Positions 39,267-50,188 of a stretch of 64,000 nt of DNA are shown here, one piece after another. The position numbers and the translations under genes were made by a program. The notes under the pieces are model-generated. The model did no database searches. It was not told the origin of the DNA and saw only the letters and a list, made by a program, of their open reading frames with translations. Positions within the stretch are counted from its first letter, which is position 1, and each line of letters begins with the position of its first letter. The DNA comes from an uncultured Pseudomonadota bacterium (GTDB lineage Bacteria; JAMCPX01): the NCBI GenBank assembly GCA_964547905.1, contig CAZJPN010000089.1, forward strand, positions 12,909 to 76,908. The letters run 5' to 3'.

Positions 39267-40454
39267 TTACTCCAGCATAGCTACAGCCTGTTCTATCCTC
39301 TCAAGCCCTTTCTTTATGGTTTCCAGAGATGTAGCATATGAGAGCCTCATATTATCCTTTGCACCGAATGGTGCACCTGGGACAACGGCGACTTTTGCCT
39401 GCTCGAGCAGGAAATCGGCAAAATCAAATGAATCCTTTATGATTTTGCCTTTAAACTTTTTGCCGTATAGTCCGCTTATATTCGGGAATGCATAGAATGC
39501 CCCTTTGGGGGTGATGCAGGTAATACCTTGTATCTTATTCAGTCCCTCAACGATAAACTTGCGTCTCTTGTCGAACTCGGCAACCATTTTTGTAACAGAA
39601 TCCTGGGGACCTCTTAATGCCTCGACACTTGCTTTCATAGCAATCGATGTTGGGTTTGATGTGCTCTGGCTCTGTATGTTTTTCATACCGCTTATTATTT
39701 CCTTGGGACCCGCAGTAAAACCAATCCTCCATCCTGTCATTGCATACGTCTTTGATACGCCATGTACGAGCAACGTCCTTGACTTCATGTCCTTTGCCTG
39801 AGCTATAGTAAAAAATTCTTCCCCATCATAGATAAGTTTTTCGTAAATATCGTCTGTTACAACAAACATGTTATGTTTTTTCACAACCTCAGCTATCTCT
39901 TCAAGTATCTGCCGCGGATATACAGCGCCTGAAGGGTTGCCCGGACTATTTATCAACAGTATCTTCGTCTTCTTGGTTATGGCCTTTTCAACTGCCTCAG
40001 GCTTTAAAGCAAAGTTGTCCTTTTCTTTTGTTTTGACAAAAACGGATTTTGCACCTGCAACCCCGAACATCTCGGGATAGGATACCCAGTAGGGTGTCGG
40101 TATTATAACCTCGTCACCGGGATTTATCATTGCCAAAGCAATGTTGAATAATGCGTGCTTTGCACCAACCGATACTATTATTTCATTCCTTGAATACTCA
40201 AGACCGTTATCTCTCTTGAATTTCTCTATAACGGCATCCTTGAGATCCGGTATACCGTCAACAGGCATGTACTTCGTAAAACCTTTGTTTATGGCATCTA
40301 TTGCAGCCTGTTTAATATTGTCGGGGGTATCAAAATCAGGCTCACCTGCTCCGAAGCCAACAACATCAATACCCTGTGCCTTCAATTCTTTTGCCTTCGT
40401 ATCAATAGCCAGCGTAGCCGACGGCTTGATAGCTTTAGCCCTTTTAGATAACAT
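39267..40454 (-). CDS. aspC: Aspartate/aromatic aminotransferase (class I PLP fold)
   Basis: 395 aa. Class I aminotransferase motifs and a PLP-Lys region (SKTYAMTGWRIG). Confidence 0.85.
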   Translation of the reverse strand: MLSKRAKAIKPSATLAIDTKAKELKAQGIDVVGFGAGEPDFDTPDNIKQAAIDAINKGFTKYMPVDGIPDLKDAVIEKFKRDNGLEYSRNEIIVSVGAKHALFNIALAMINPGDEVIIPTPYWVSYPEMFGVAGAKSVFVKTKEKDNFALKPEAVEKAITKKTKILLINSPGNPSGAVYPRQILEEIAEVVKKHNMFVVTDDIYEKLIYDGEEFFTIAQAKDMKSRTLLVHGVSKTYAMTGWRIGFTAGPKEIISGMKNIQSQSTSNPTSIAMKASVEALRGPQDSVTKMVAEFDKRRKFIVEGLNKIQGITCITPKGAFYAFPNISGLYGKKFKGKIIKDSFDFADFLLEQAKVAVVPGAPFGAKDNMRLSYATSLETIKKGLERIEQAVAMLE

Positions 40455-40511
40455 AAATTTCTCCTTTTATTTTTTTATTTTTTTGTTTATCTGCAACATC
40501 GTTAGATATTT

Positions 40512-41024
40512 TTATTCCCATGACACTATATCCGTCTTCCTTTCCTTGAGCCTTTCATTGAATTTCTCAACTACGACATCAGGGACAAGATCCCTTACAG
40601 AACCGCCGAGCGAAAGTATCTCTTTTATTATACTTGAACTCAAAAAAGAATACTTACCCTCGGTCATCATAAAGACGGTTTCAAGCTTGCCGTTCATCTT
40701 CTTGTTCGCCAAAGACATCTGAAGTTCAAATTCGAAATCTGCAACTGTTCTCAATCCTCTCAATACTATCTCCGCATTCTTTGATTTAACATAGTCCACG
40801 AGGAGACCCTTGAAAGATTCTACCACGACTCTTTTCTCGTTCTTGAATATTTCATTTAAAATGCTCACGCGCTCTTCTATGGAAAAAAATGATTTCTTGC
40901 CGGATTGGTTGTAAGAAATAGCAATTATAATCTTATCAAAGAGTTTCAGACCTCTTTCTATAATATTTATATGACCGTAGGTTATAGGATCAAAAGATCC
41001 CGGGTATACGGCTGTCTTTATCAT
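40512..41024 (-). CDS. coaD: Phosphopantetheine adenylyltransferase
   Basis: VYPGSFDPITYGHINII (T/HxGH nucleotidyltransferase). Confidence 0.9.
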   Translation of the reverse strand: MIKTAVYPGSFDPITYGHINIIERGLKLFDKIIIAISYNQSGKKSFFSIEERVSILNEIFKNEKRVVVESFKGLLVDYVKSKNAEIVLRGLRTVADFEFELQMSLANKKMNGKLETVFMMTEGKYSFLSSSIIKEILSLGGSVRDLVPDVVVEKFNERLKERKTDIVSWE

Positions 41025-41025
41025 G

Positions 41026-41580
41026 TTAATGCCTCCTCGCTATGGTAAGGTAGGTATCTCCGTATCTATACGTCTTCATCGTCATATCCAAATTTACCCC
41101 CTGTAAAATATTCCTTACCGTTCCGTCATGTTCTATACCTATTATGAACGAATCTTTCATTATTTTCCGATTCAGCATATCGGATAGAATATCCGTATAT
41201 GCATAAACATCTTTGTAAGGCGGATCGACATAAGCTATGTCGAACTTTATATTTTTCTTCTCTATCTGTTCCATTGCTCTCATTACATCCATCATTATAA
41301 CTACATATAAATTGCTGTCCATGAATGCAAGGTTTTTTGATAATAATGTTGATACAGCCTTTGAACGCTCTATAAAATATACCTTGTGCGCTCCACGGCT
41401 CAATGCCTCTATACCGATTGCTCCTGTCCCTGCATACATATCAAGAAAAGCTGCATTCTGAATATCCTGCCCCACGATATCAAAAAACGCCTCCCGTATC
41501 TTTGCAAGAGTTGGCCTCACCAAGCTATCGTCCGGGCTTTTTAGCCTCCTTCCTTTATGGATTCCGCCGATTATCTTCAT
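41026..41580 (-). CDS. rsmD: 16S rRNA (guanine966-N2)-methyltransferase
   Basis: FLDMYAGTGAIGIEALSRGA SAM motif plus DPPY. Confidence 0.85.
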   Translation of the reverse strand: MKIIGGIHKGRRLKSPDDSLVRPTLAKIREAFFDIVGQDIQNAAFLDMYAGTGAIGIEALSRGAHKVYFIERSKAVSTLLSKNLAFMDSNLYVVIMMDVMRAMEQIEKKNIKFDIAYVDPPYKDVYAYTDILSDMLNRKIMKDSFIIGIEHDGTVRNILQGVNLDMTMKTYRYGDTYLTIARRH

Positions 41581-41656
41581 ATGAAAACAGTAAGGGCGGG
41601 TTAAAACCCGCCCTTACGTAAACTATTATCTAATAATATTCGAATCATACAACATT

Positions 41657-43183
41657 TTACTGTGCCGTCATAGCAACATAGATATTTGCATTGCCTCTGG
41701 TTATAAGCAACGAAACCATTTCGCCTTTCTTTACGGATGACATGACTTTGCTGTAATCCTCCACGTTGTTTATATCCTTTTGGTTCACCTGCTTTACGAT
41801 ATCACCTTTCTCTATACCTGCCATATCAGCCGGACTTCCCTCTGCAACATTCGTTACGACAATGCCTTTATCGGTTTGCATGTTGTATTCTCTTTGAACA
41901 TCCGGGGTAATATTGCTGACGGTTATCCCGAGTTTTTTCTCACTGACATTTTCCTCTTTGGGCGCAGCAATGCTGGCAACTTCGGTCTTTGACGGTAATT
42001 CTCCAACCGTAACTTTGATTGTCTTTTCTTTGCCCTGTCTTAATATCTTGACATCGATTTTGCTGCCAATGGGTGTATTGGATACAATCCATGGCAGATC
42101 ATCGGCATTCTTAACTTCTTTACCGTCGAATTTGATTATGACATCACCCTGTTTTATACCGGCTTTATCTGCAGGACCATCTTTTATTACCTTTGTTACA
42201 ACAGCACCTTTCTGATCCCGTTTCAAACGAAACGATTCGGCAAGATCCGGGCTTATGTTTTGTATATAAACACCAAGCCATCCTCTTATAACCTTACCGT
42301 GCTCTATGAGCTGCGGTATTATAGTTTTGGCTACATTTATCGGTATGGCGAATCCAATCCCCTGACCAATACTCGGTGCTATGATAGCCGTACTTATACC
42401 TATCACCTCGCCGTTAAGGTTAAATACGGGTCCGCCGCTGTTACCTCTGTTTATTGCCGCATCCGTTTGCAAGAATTGGTCGTAATTGCTCGAACTTAGT
42501 CTCCTTCCCTTGGCACTTATTATACCCGCAGTTACCGTGTGATCAAGCCCGAATGGATTGCCTATGACAACTACCCAATCGCCAACCTGGACTTTTGCTG
42601 AGTCACCAAGATATGCCACATCAAGCGGTTTTTTGGGCACAACCTTCAACAGTGCTAAATCGGTCTGAGGATCAGCCCCGATAATCTTTGCTGTGTACTG
42701 ATCCCCGTTATCGGTTATCACCCTTATATCGGTCATGCCTGCTATTACGTGGTTGTTGGTAAGTATATATCCTTCTTTGTTTATTATAAACCCGGACCCA
42801 AGCGCATGTTCCTTGTATTCTTGAGGTCCCTGAGGTCCCATGAACTGTTCAAAAAAATGCGGTCCGAAAAACTGTTTAAACTGTTCTCCCATAGGACCAA
42901 ACTGCTGCATTGTGGGATTGGTCTTTATAATCTTTGTTGTAGATATGTTTACTACAGCACCCTTAACCTTATTCACAAGTGGAGCAAAAGATGCCGGCAC
43001 ATAAGCCTCTGGTGATGAAACATCCTGTGCTTGACCTACAGCCGGTTTCTCACTCCATATTTTTGTCTCCGTAGCTCTGGTAACTGTTGTAATATTCATT
43101 CTTGCGGCAAGTATCAATCCTGCCACAACAGATGCTACTACAAGTACCCCAATGCCTAATATTGTATAACCTTTCTTTTTCAT
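41657..43183 (-). CDS. degP: Periplasmic serine endoprotease DegP/HtrA (trypsin domain plus two PDZ domains)
   Basis: Catalytic triad context TNNHVI and GNSGGP. Signal/TM at the N-terminus. Two PDZ domains. Confidence 0.9.
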   Translation of the reverse strand: MKKKGYTILGIGVLVVASVVAGLILAARMNITTVTRATETKIWSEKPAVGQAQDVSSPEAYVPASFAPLVNKVKGAVVNISTTKIIKTNPTMQQFGPMGEQFKQFFGPHFFEQFMGPQGPQEYKEHALGSGFIINKEGYILTNNHVIAGMTDIRVITDNGDQYTAKIIGADPQTDLALLKVVPKKPLDVAYLGDSAKVQVGDWVVVIGNPFGLDHTVTAGIISAKGRRLSSSNYDQFLQTDAAINRGNSGGPVFNLNGEVIGISTAIIAPSIGQGIGFAIPINVAKTIIPQLIEHGKVIRGWLGVYIQNISPDLAESFRLKRDQKGAVVTKVIKDGPADKAGIKQGDVIIKFDGKEVKNADDLPWIVSNTPIGSKIDVKILRQGKEKTIKVTVGELPSKTEVASIAAPKEENVSEKKLGITVSNITPDVQREYNMQTDKGIVVTNVAEGSPADMAGIEKGDIVKQVNQKDINNVEDYSKVMSSVKKGEMVSLLITRGNANIYVAMTAQ

Positions 43184-43193
43184 TCAATCCTCC

Positions 43194-43628
43194 TTATTTT
43201 TTCCCTTCCGAAACTAAAACGTATCTCATTCTTAAATCGAAAAGCACATTATCCAGCATCATTGATTCATCATTGTTAAGATTACCCGTCGTCTTTTCCT
43301 TAAGAAGTTCGAGAATATCTATAGTCTGTCTTGCAGCACCAAGATCTTTTTTAATAATATTCGTCTGTGGATCCGCCACGGCACCAAGCTGTATCAGCGT
43401 TGTACCTGCGAGAGAATTTATCAGATCAATAAAACTTATCTTAAAACCTTGATTTGATATAACATCTTCCTGTTCCTGTGCATTTTCTGTTTTATTGGAA
43501 CTAACATCATTATTGAGTGCTTCATCCTTGGCATGTTCTTCTTGCACATTGCTACCATCTTCCATAGTATTATCGCTCATTTTAAATCGTCTCTTGTCAT
43601 TTACTTTAATATCATCGTTTTCCGTCAT
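43194..43628 (-). CDS. DUF1844-family protein
   Basis: Conserved DUF1844-like core ISFIDLINSLAG...IDILELLKEKTTGNL...DLRMRYV. The start is ambiguous (43676, 43628 or 43580). 43628 was chosen to minimise overlap with the upstream gene. Confidence 0.5.
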   Translation of the reverse strand: MTENDDIKVNDKRRFKMSDNTMEDGSNVQEEHAKDEALNNDVSSNKTENAQEQEDVISNQGFKISFIDLINSLAGTTLIQLGAVADPQTNIIKKDLGAARQTIDILELLKEKTTGNLNNDESMMLDNVLFDLRMRYVLVSEGKK

Positions 43629-44571
43629 GACTATCACCCCCGTTATTTCGGTACATATCCCGAATAGGCGTTTCAAACACCGCGGTTATATATTTATTTA
43701 TAACATAAACTTCCGGCCTTCCTGTGACCATTGCGTATACACTATTTTTATCCACGTTCTTGCCTATTTCAATATTGTACTTCTTATTATCCATACGTAC
43801 TATGCTAATAACTTCTAACGGCTTTTCAAGTCCCATACCTTTCAAATCCGTAACATCGTCAATAATATTGGTTGCATTCATATTGGTTAGCTGAAAGGCC
43901 ATCTCATCGAATACGGATGTTTTTAACCTGTTGTAAGAAGGCTTCGTGAAAACCCATGTTTTTTTCTCTTTTTTAAGGGTATATACAGGCTTCGAATCCT
44001 TTGTAAAAGAAATGGACGCTATATCATTCTGTGTTAATTTTATAAGACTTTTGTTCCTGAGCTGAAACAGGGTGCTATCGAGCTGCTTTCTGAGCCATCC
44101 CGCTATAGTAAATACACCCGGTATGCCGTTTTTAGCCACTGCATAGGAGTACTTTCCCAGTGGGGTAGCAGAACCTATCTGCAGACCATAAATTTGTTTA
44201 TTCGATAATGTTACCGTTGCTGTTATTGAAGCAGGGCTTAGACCAAATGCCGCGGGTGTTCCATTGCCTATTTTCTTATTGTACCGGAGTGTTGCAAAAG
44301 AATTCAACAATGTATCGATCACGGTTGTATCGGCATCGGTATTGACGGGATATGAGATTAACCAGTTACCGTTTGTATCTTTCTTTATAACAAAATCGCC
44401 ATTTTTATTACGTATATTTATTGCGTTCACATTGCCGATGTTGTTTATATTAAAAACCTTCTTGACATGAAGCTTTTCGACGGCTTTATGCCTGGGGTTT
44501 ATTACAAAGACAACTGCCACAATAGCCAAAGCCAAAACCGCTGTAAGATACACTGTAAGTTTGATATTCAT
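43612..44571 (-). CDS. DUF4340-like protein associated with the GldG/ABC-2 cluster
   Basis: N-terminal TM anchor. Typical position downstream of a GldG-like gene. Confidence 0.55.
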   Translation of the reverse strand: MNIKLTVYLTAVLALAIVAVVFVINPRHKAVEKLHVKKVFNINNIGNVNAINIRNKNGDFVIKKDTNGNWLISYPVNTDADTTVIDTLLNSFATLRYNKKIGNGTPAAFGLSPASITATVTLSNKQIYGLQIGSATPLGKYSYAVAKNGIPGVFTIAGWLRKQLDSTLFQLRNKSLIKLTQNDIASISFTKDSKPVYTLKKEKKTWVFTKPSYNRLKTSVFDEMAFQLTNMNATNIIDDVTDLKGMGLEKPLEVISIVRMDNKKYNIEIGKNVDKNSVYAMVTGRPEVYVINKYITAVFETPIRDMYRNNGGDSHDGKR

Positions 44572-44580
44572 TTTCCCCTC

Positions 44581-46098
44581 CTATAATCTCTTCATCCTCA
44601 GATAAGCAAGTATCGCTCCGAAGAATAACAAGACCGGGATCAATACGACTGTCAGATAGAAGATCATATTCCCCTGCCTTGCGGTAAGAAACATCTGCTG
44701 ATTGGCTGTTGCCTTTGGCCTTATGGTGATAAGGTTCTCCTCTTTTACAAGCCAGCTTACCGTATTCATAACAAGGTCCCTGTTAAAAAGCGCATTTATA
44801 TACTTGTTCGATGCAATTTTTGATGTTCCAAATACTGCTATCCTCGCAACATTATTCCCGGACTTTATAGTGCCTGCTACGGCAACACTTACCGGTCCCC
44901 TGATATCCGAAGGACCGAACCGTGCTGTTCCTTTATCAAAAAGTTCTTTAAGATTCGTATCAGTCCAGCTTGTCTTGCTCGTTATGGCAATGGGTACAAT
45001 ATCTATATCGGTACTATGTGTTTTTGACTCTTCAACGGTTCTTACCAAAGGAAAGATCGTTGTACCCTTAAAATCTTTTGTTATTCTGCTTTCCTTGCTA
45101 TAATCGGTCACGATGGGTTCCACCCCAAGACCTGGTCCCTGAAACAATCTTACGACCTGATCGAGTACAACATTGTTTCCGATTTTAATACCATAATTTG
45201 AAAGCATTTCTGATATGCCGGTATGTGTACGTGGATCTATCATTACAAAAAGGTGCCCGCCTGCATCAACATAAGATGTTAAGGCATGTACTTCTGCAGG
45301 CAAAAAAGGCTTTACAGCACCAGACTCTATTACCAGTGTACACGATGATGGGATAGTTGCTACGGAAGGTAAAAGTAAACTCTCGACCTTATAGTCCTGA
45401 TCCTCTAAAGCCTGTTCAAAATCATTATAACCGTCAACACCCGTGGCATCCGATAGGTCTCTTTCTCCATTACCGGTAAGGTAACATACATTTATAATAC
45501 GGTTCCTCAGTATTTTTACTATAGCGTTTGTTATACCATTTTCACTGGACTGCTCTGTTTTTATTGTTTTATCGCCATACTGAATAACAATGGTTCCATT
45601 TGTGTTTATGCCGTAACTCTTTGCAATTGTCGGCTCTTTATCCGGATCTATAACCTCGTAGTGAACCTTTTTGCTGGCATACGCATACTCCGATAATAGA
45701 TCCCTTATGTTTGAACCTGTACCTTCCTGAAAAAAAGCCGTTATATTAATTCTTTGTTTGAGCCGGCTCAAAACATTGTCTGTTTCCTTTGAAAGCGTAA
45801 ATTGCTTGTTGGACGTAAGATCCCACCTGTAGTAATACTCGGTTGAAACATAATTGACAACACTTATGATGCCAAGCACAACAATGACGAGTACGATCAA
45901 GTTTATGCCGTAAAGAAGGTGCCTTAGTCCTGATCCCTCTTTAAACTTGCGTCTATAAATAACAGTCCAAAACATGAGGAGTAAAAGCCCAATCGAAATC
46001 AATACTATTGCCCATACATTCCAGGACGATACCACAAGGCGTATAAACCCTCCACCTATAATAAACAATACACCGGCAATCCATAGTACCGTTTTCAT
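44581..46098 (-). CDS. gldG: GldG-like ABC-transporter auxiliary component
   Basis: 505 aa. Two terminal TM segments flank a large domain with the ABC_transp_aux-type region RWDLTSNKQFTLS. Confidence 0.7.
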   Translation of the reverse strand: MKTVLWIAGVLFIIGGGFIRLVVSSWNVWAIVLISIGLLLLMFWTVIYRRKFKEGSGLRHLLYGINLIVLVIVVLGIISVVNYVSTEYYYRWDLTSNKQFTLSKETDNVLSRLKQRINITAFFQEGTGSNIRDLLSEYAYASKKVHYEVIDPDKEPTIAKSYGINTNGTIVIQYGDKTIKTEQSSENGITNAIVKILRNRIINVCYLTGNGERDLSDATGVDGYNDFEQALEDQDYKVESLLLPSVATIPSSCTLVIESGAVKPFLPAEVHALTSYVDAGGHLFVMIDPRTHTGISEMLSNYGIKIGNNVVLDQVVRLFQGPGLGVEPIVTDYSKESRITKDFKGTTIFPLVRTVEESKTHSTDIDIVPIAITSKTSWTDTNLKELFDKGTARFGPSDIRGPVSVAVAGTIKSGNNVARIAVFGTSKIASNKYINALFNRDLVMNTVSWLVKEENLITIRPKATANQQMFLTARQGNMIFYLTVVLIPVLLFFGAILAYLRMKRL

Positions 46099-46102
46099 AT
46101 AA

Positions 46103-46879
46103 CTACCTCCATCTCTCGGATTCTAAAACCCTGTGCGTAAGGAACAGAAAAAAGAATATAAAGCTAAGATAATATACTATATCCCTTGTATCTATAAGCC
46201 CTTTTAAAAAATCCTGAAAATGCTGGTCTATAAGTGATATGTAAACAAGAAAAGCAGACACGGCTGGACTTGCATCATGGGATACCCAGCCGATAGCCCA
46301 GAACAGAAGCAGTATACCGAATGTAATAACAGCGGCAACTATTTGATTTTCTGTTATGCTCGAGGCAAACATACCGACCGAGATCATCGAAGCACCAAGG
46401 AAAAACATACCTATATATGTAGTTATCATAATGCCTGTATCAGAAGATGCATAAGAACCGAGAATAAACGGTACCGACAGTGTAAGAACAAGCATTGTTA
46501 TAAAAACAAGGCATGCAGATATGAATTTTCCCAGCACAATCTCGGTCAGGGTAACCGGCGATGTCATGATAAGCTCTTTGGTCCCATTTCTTTTTTCTTC
46601 TGCATAAGACTTCATGGTAATGATAGGAATGAGTAAGAGCAATATCACGCCAAGATTCGCATAGAGCGGTTGTATGATGAAATTACCTATATTCAATGCG
46701 GGGATTGCTCCCTGGTATCTCATAAACTGAAGGCTCAAAAAGTTGTAAAGCTGTATTCTTACATAGAAGAAGTATCCGGTCAGGAGTGAAAAAATGGCGA
46801 GTATCACATAAGCTATAGGCGATGCAAAGTATGAAATAAGCTCCCGTTTGACGATTGCCCATATTCTTGCCGGGTTCAT
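46103..46879 (-). CDS. gldF: ABC-2 type transporter permease (GldF-like)
   Basis: 258 aa, 6 TM. Gene order ATPase-permease-GldG. Confidence 0.7.
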   Translation of the reverse strand: MNPARIWAIVKRELISYFASPIAYVILAIFSLLTGYFFYVRIQLYNFLSLQFMRYQGAIPALNIGNFIIQPLYANLGVILLLLIPIITMKSYAEEKRNGTKELIMTSPVTLTEIVLGKFISACLVFITMLVLTLSVPFILGSYASSDTGIMITTYIGMFFLGASMISVGMFASSITENQIVAAVITFGILLLFWAIGWVSHDASPAVSAFLVYISLIDQHFQDFLKGLIDTRDIVYYLSFIFFFLFLTHRVLESERWR

Positions 46880-47817
46880 TGTACACCTCCTCTGTCCTGA
46901 GAGATCAGCCTTATATACTCATCTTCTAAATTAACAGCTCTGGATGAGAATTCAGAAATCCCATATCCGGCCTTGAATATCTTATCCGTTATCAATTCGG
47001 GGGCCTTAAAATCAGCGTTTGTCTTGATTGTAAACGTATTGTTTTCTTTCATCACATCTTTTATACCCGATATGGATTCCAAAAGCCCGACAATACTATT
47101 GTCCGTCTGCGTTGTAACAAGACGGTAAACCTTATCGCCATGAAGATCAACCTGGGATAGATTATAATCTCCTCCGCTCAGCAGCCTTCCATCGTTTATT
47201 ATAACAACCCTGTTGCATGTTACGGTTACCTCCGGAAGTATATGCGTGCTGAGTATAATTGTATGATCTTTACCGAGTTCTTTGATAAGGTTTCTTATTT
47301 CTATGATCTGCTCCGGATCAAGCCCGACTGTCGGTTCATCGAGTATAAGTATTGGTGGATCGCTTAAGAGTGCCTGAGCAATGCCCACCCGCTGCCTATA
47401 CCCCCGCGATAGGTTGCCGATAATTCTTTCCTTTACCTTATCAAGGTTTGCCTGCTTTATAACTCTTTCTATCGCAGAATCCATCGGGGCACCAAATAAC
47501 CCTTTTATACCTGCCATAAACCTGAAATATCCGAGCACCGTCATTTCAGGATATGCGGGTGCAAGTTCCGGCAGATAACCTATAGAACTTTTCACTTTAA
47601 TGGGATCTTTTCTAATGTCATAACCGTTGACTGTTACATCTCCACCCGAGGGAGACAAGTATCCTGTTATTATTCGCATTGTCGTTGTCTTACCTGCACC
47701 ATTTGGACCAAGGAAACCCAGCACACCACCTTTTTCAATTTTTAAAGATATACCGTTAAGAACGGTACGATCACCGTATCTTTTTGTTATTTTGTTCAAC
47801 TCAATCATAAAATACAC
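46876..47817 (-). CDS. gldA: ABC transporter ATP-binding protein (GldA-like)
   Basis: Walker A GPNGAGKTT, signature LSRGYRQR, Walker B LILDEP. Confidence 0.85.
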   Translation of the reverse strand: MYFMIELNKITKRYGDRTVLNGISLKIEKGGVLGFLGPNGAGKTTTMRIITGYLSPSGGDVTVNGYDIRKDPIKVKSSIGYLPELAPAYPEMTVLGYFRFMAGIKGLFGAPMDSAIERVIKQANLDKVKERIIGNLSRGYRQRVGIAQALLSDPPILILDEPTVGLDPEQIIEIRNLIKELGKDHTIILSTHILPEVTVTCNRVVIINDGRLLSGGDYNLSQVDLHGDKVYRLVTTQTDNSIVGLLESISGIKDVMKENNTFTIKTNADFKAPELITDKIFKAGYGISEFSSRAVNLEDEYIRLISQDRGGVQ

Positions 47818-47873
47818 CCCTTCCTCAAATTAAGAGAGATTTTATCGGAGACATAAAAAAGAATTGTACTACT

Positions 47874-50177
47874 TCACGTTATAACTGATTCGAGTATAGT
47901 TCCTGAAGGCATGTTGTCCAAATCAACTTTAACATCTATTATATTCCCGTTGTTCATATATACTGTAAACCTATTACCCTTTTGCCAGTTGAATGTAAGT
48001 GGTATTTTTATAAGCTGATCGATGGTTCTCTTGAGCAGTCTTGCACCGTACTTCTGACTGTATCCATTGGTTACGACATAATCCAGGGCATCTTCCATAA
48101 TGATGAGTTGCTTACCCTCCCTCTCCATCTGCTTTGCCGTTTGACCTATATACTTTTGTGCGATCTCTTTTACCGTTTCATACTTCAACGGGTTGAAAAC
48201 TATTACTTCATCTATCCTATTGAGAAATTCGGGCGAAAAAAGCCGCTCAGCCTCGGCAATCACAGCCTTCCTCATGGTGTCGATACCCTGCTGCGCATCG
48301 TTCAAAAATCCGAGTGGCTGCATAAATTTTTTGAATTGATCTGACCCGAGATTACTCGTCATTATTATCACCGCATCGCTGAAATATACTTTTTTCCCCC
48401 TTCCATCCGTAAGCCAGCCTTCATCAAACACCTGAAGTAAAAGATTATGAATGAAGCTGTTAGCCTTTTCTATCTCATCGAGCAGAACAACGGACGAGGG
48501 ATTGTCCCTTACCATATTTGTCAGCGTACCGCCGCGTTCGGAGCCTACAATACCTCTCGGCATGCCGATAAGCTTATCTATTGCAATTGAAGAATCGCCG
48601 TACTCGGACATGTCCATACGTATTATCTTATTTTCATCTTCATAGAAAAATTCTGCAAGCGCCTTTGCAAGTTCTGTTTTCCCTACGCCGGTCGGACCCA
48701 GGAACAAGAGAACGCCGTCAGGCCTGTTGAAGTTTTCCTTCAGCGGTCCTTTGTTCAACCGTATACGATTTGTTACTCTTTTTATGGCGTCGTCCTGTCC
48801 TATAACCCTTTTCGAAAGTATATTCTCTATATTTAAGAACCTCTGTGCCGTATCCCTGAATACCATGTCAAGCGGTATCTGGGATTCCTGGGCAATAACC
48901 TCTTTGACGGTATCTACCGATACGATCTCTTCATTCTTTATCTCGGTTTTAACCGATGAGGTATCAAGCCAGCCTATGACCTTATCGGGCAGCCGCACAG
49001 ACCTGTTGTATCTCTTGCTCATATCAACCGCCGTATCAACCACTTCATGCGGTATAGTAACATTGTAAAGCCTTTCAAGTCTCGGAACAACACCCTCTAC
49101 AATTGTACGGGCCTCTGATAGAGACGGCTCCTTTATATGAACAAGCCTGAACCTTCTTGCAAGTGCCTCATCCTCCGCTATGAATTCCTTATACTCGGTA
49201 TACGTTGTAGCTCCAATCATCTGAACTTCGCCCCTTGCAAGGCTCGATTTGAATATATTCGCAGCATCGCTCGGAACTCCCATTGCAGAGCCCGCCCCTA
49301 CAAGGCTGTGTGCCTCATCGACGAACAGGATGATATTTTGTCTCTCTTTTAACTCTTTGATAATCCGTTCTATCCTATCCTCGAACATACCTCTGAACAT
49401 TGTTCCGGCAACAACCGTATTCATCTGTAGATTTACGATCTGTTTTTCTTGAAGTCGTAAAGGTACTCTCTCCGGTTCAAGTTCCACCAACCTTGCAAGT
49501 CCTTCAACAATGGCTGTCTTGCCGACACCTGCCTCTCCTACAAGCATAACGGAATTGCTGCGCTCTTTATGAGACAGTATCTCCATTATCTGAGACAGTT
49601 CTTTTCCCCTCCCTATCAAAGGCGGAAGTTTATCCATACGTGCAAGTTTGTTAAGATTTGTTCCGAACTGTTTGAGATAAGGCGGAAGCTCATATTTCTT
49701 TTTCAGTTCTTTTTCTTTCTCTTCTCGTTTCTTTATCTGTCTGTCGATTTCTATGATCACGGTTCTTGGATCATAACCAAAGCCTCGAAGAAGCTGAACC
49801 GGATAGCAGTGTCCCTCTTCAAACATTGCTTGCAGTACATCTACCGGCATAACCACTTGCTTTCCTTCGCGGCGTATATTTTCCCATGCTATTTGTAAAA
49901 CAGCGGTTGCATCGGGCAAAAACTTGACGCCCCGGGTAACGAAGTACTTCGAATTATTAAGATGTTCCTTTAAAAGCTCTTCTACAAGTTTTCTCTCAAT
50001 ACCGAGTGCATTGGTAAAATCGTTATAAAATTCTTTCTCGATAGTTATAAAGGCAAGAAAAATATGCTCGACCCCAACATAAAACTGCTGACTCTTCTTT
50101 GACTCATCTATTGCAAGATTGAGCATCGATTGCGTTCGCTCTGAAAGCCTGTCTTTATAGTTGGTTAAGTCAAACAT
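47874..50177 (-). CDS. clpA: ClpA/ClpC-type AAA+ chaperone (two AAA modules, Clp_N domain)
   Basis: 767 aa. Clp_N repeats, Walker A sites GEAGVGKTA and GPTGVGKTE, and an arginine finger/sensor. No long middle domain. Confidence 0.8.
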   Translation of the reverse strand: MFDLTNYKDRLSERTQSMLNLAIDESKKSQQFYVGVEHIFLAFITIEKEFYNDFTNALGIERKLVEELLKEHLNNSKYFVTRGVKFLPDATAVLQIAWENIRREGKQVVMPVDVLQAMFEEGHCYPVQLLRGFGYDPRTVIIEIDRQIKKREEKEKELKKKYELPPYLKQFGTNLNKLARMDKLPPLIGRGKELSQIMEILSHKERSNSVMLVGEAGVGKTAIVEGLARLVELEPERVPLRLQEKQIVNLQMNTVVAGTMFRGMFEDRIERIIKELKERQNIILFVDEAHSLVGAGSAMGVPSDAANIFKSSLARGEVQMIGATTYTEYKEFIAEDEALARRFRLVHIKEPSLSEARTIVEGVVPRLERLYNVTIPHEVVDTAVDMSKRYNRSVRLPDKVIGWLDTSSVKTEIKNEEIVSVDTVKEVIAQESQIPLDMVFRDTAQRFLNIENILSKRVIGQDDAIKRVTNRIRLNKGPLKENFNRPDGVLLFLGPTGVGKTELAKALAEFFYEDENKIIRMDMSEYGDSSIAIDKLIGMPRGIVGSERGGTLTNMVRDNPSSVVLLDEIEKANSFIHNLLLQVFDEGWLTDGRGKKVYFSDAVIIMTSNLGSDQFKKFMQPLGFLNDAQQGIDTMRKAVIAEAERLFSPEFLNRIDEVIVFNPLKYETVKEIAQKYIGQTAKQMEREGKQLIIMEDALDYVVTNGYSQKYGARLLKRTIDQLIKIPLTFNWQKGNRFTVYMNNGNIIDVKVDLDNMPSGTILESVIT

Positions 50178-50188
50178 TTACTATCTCT

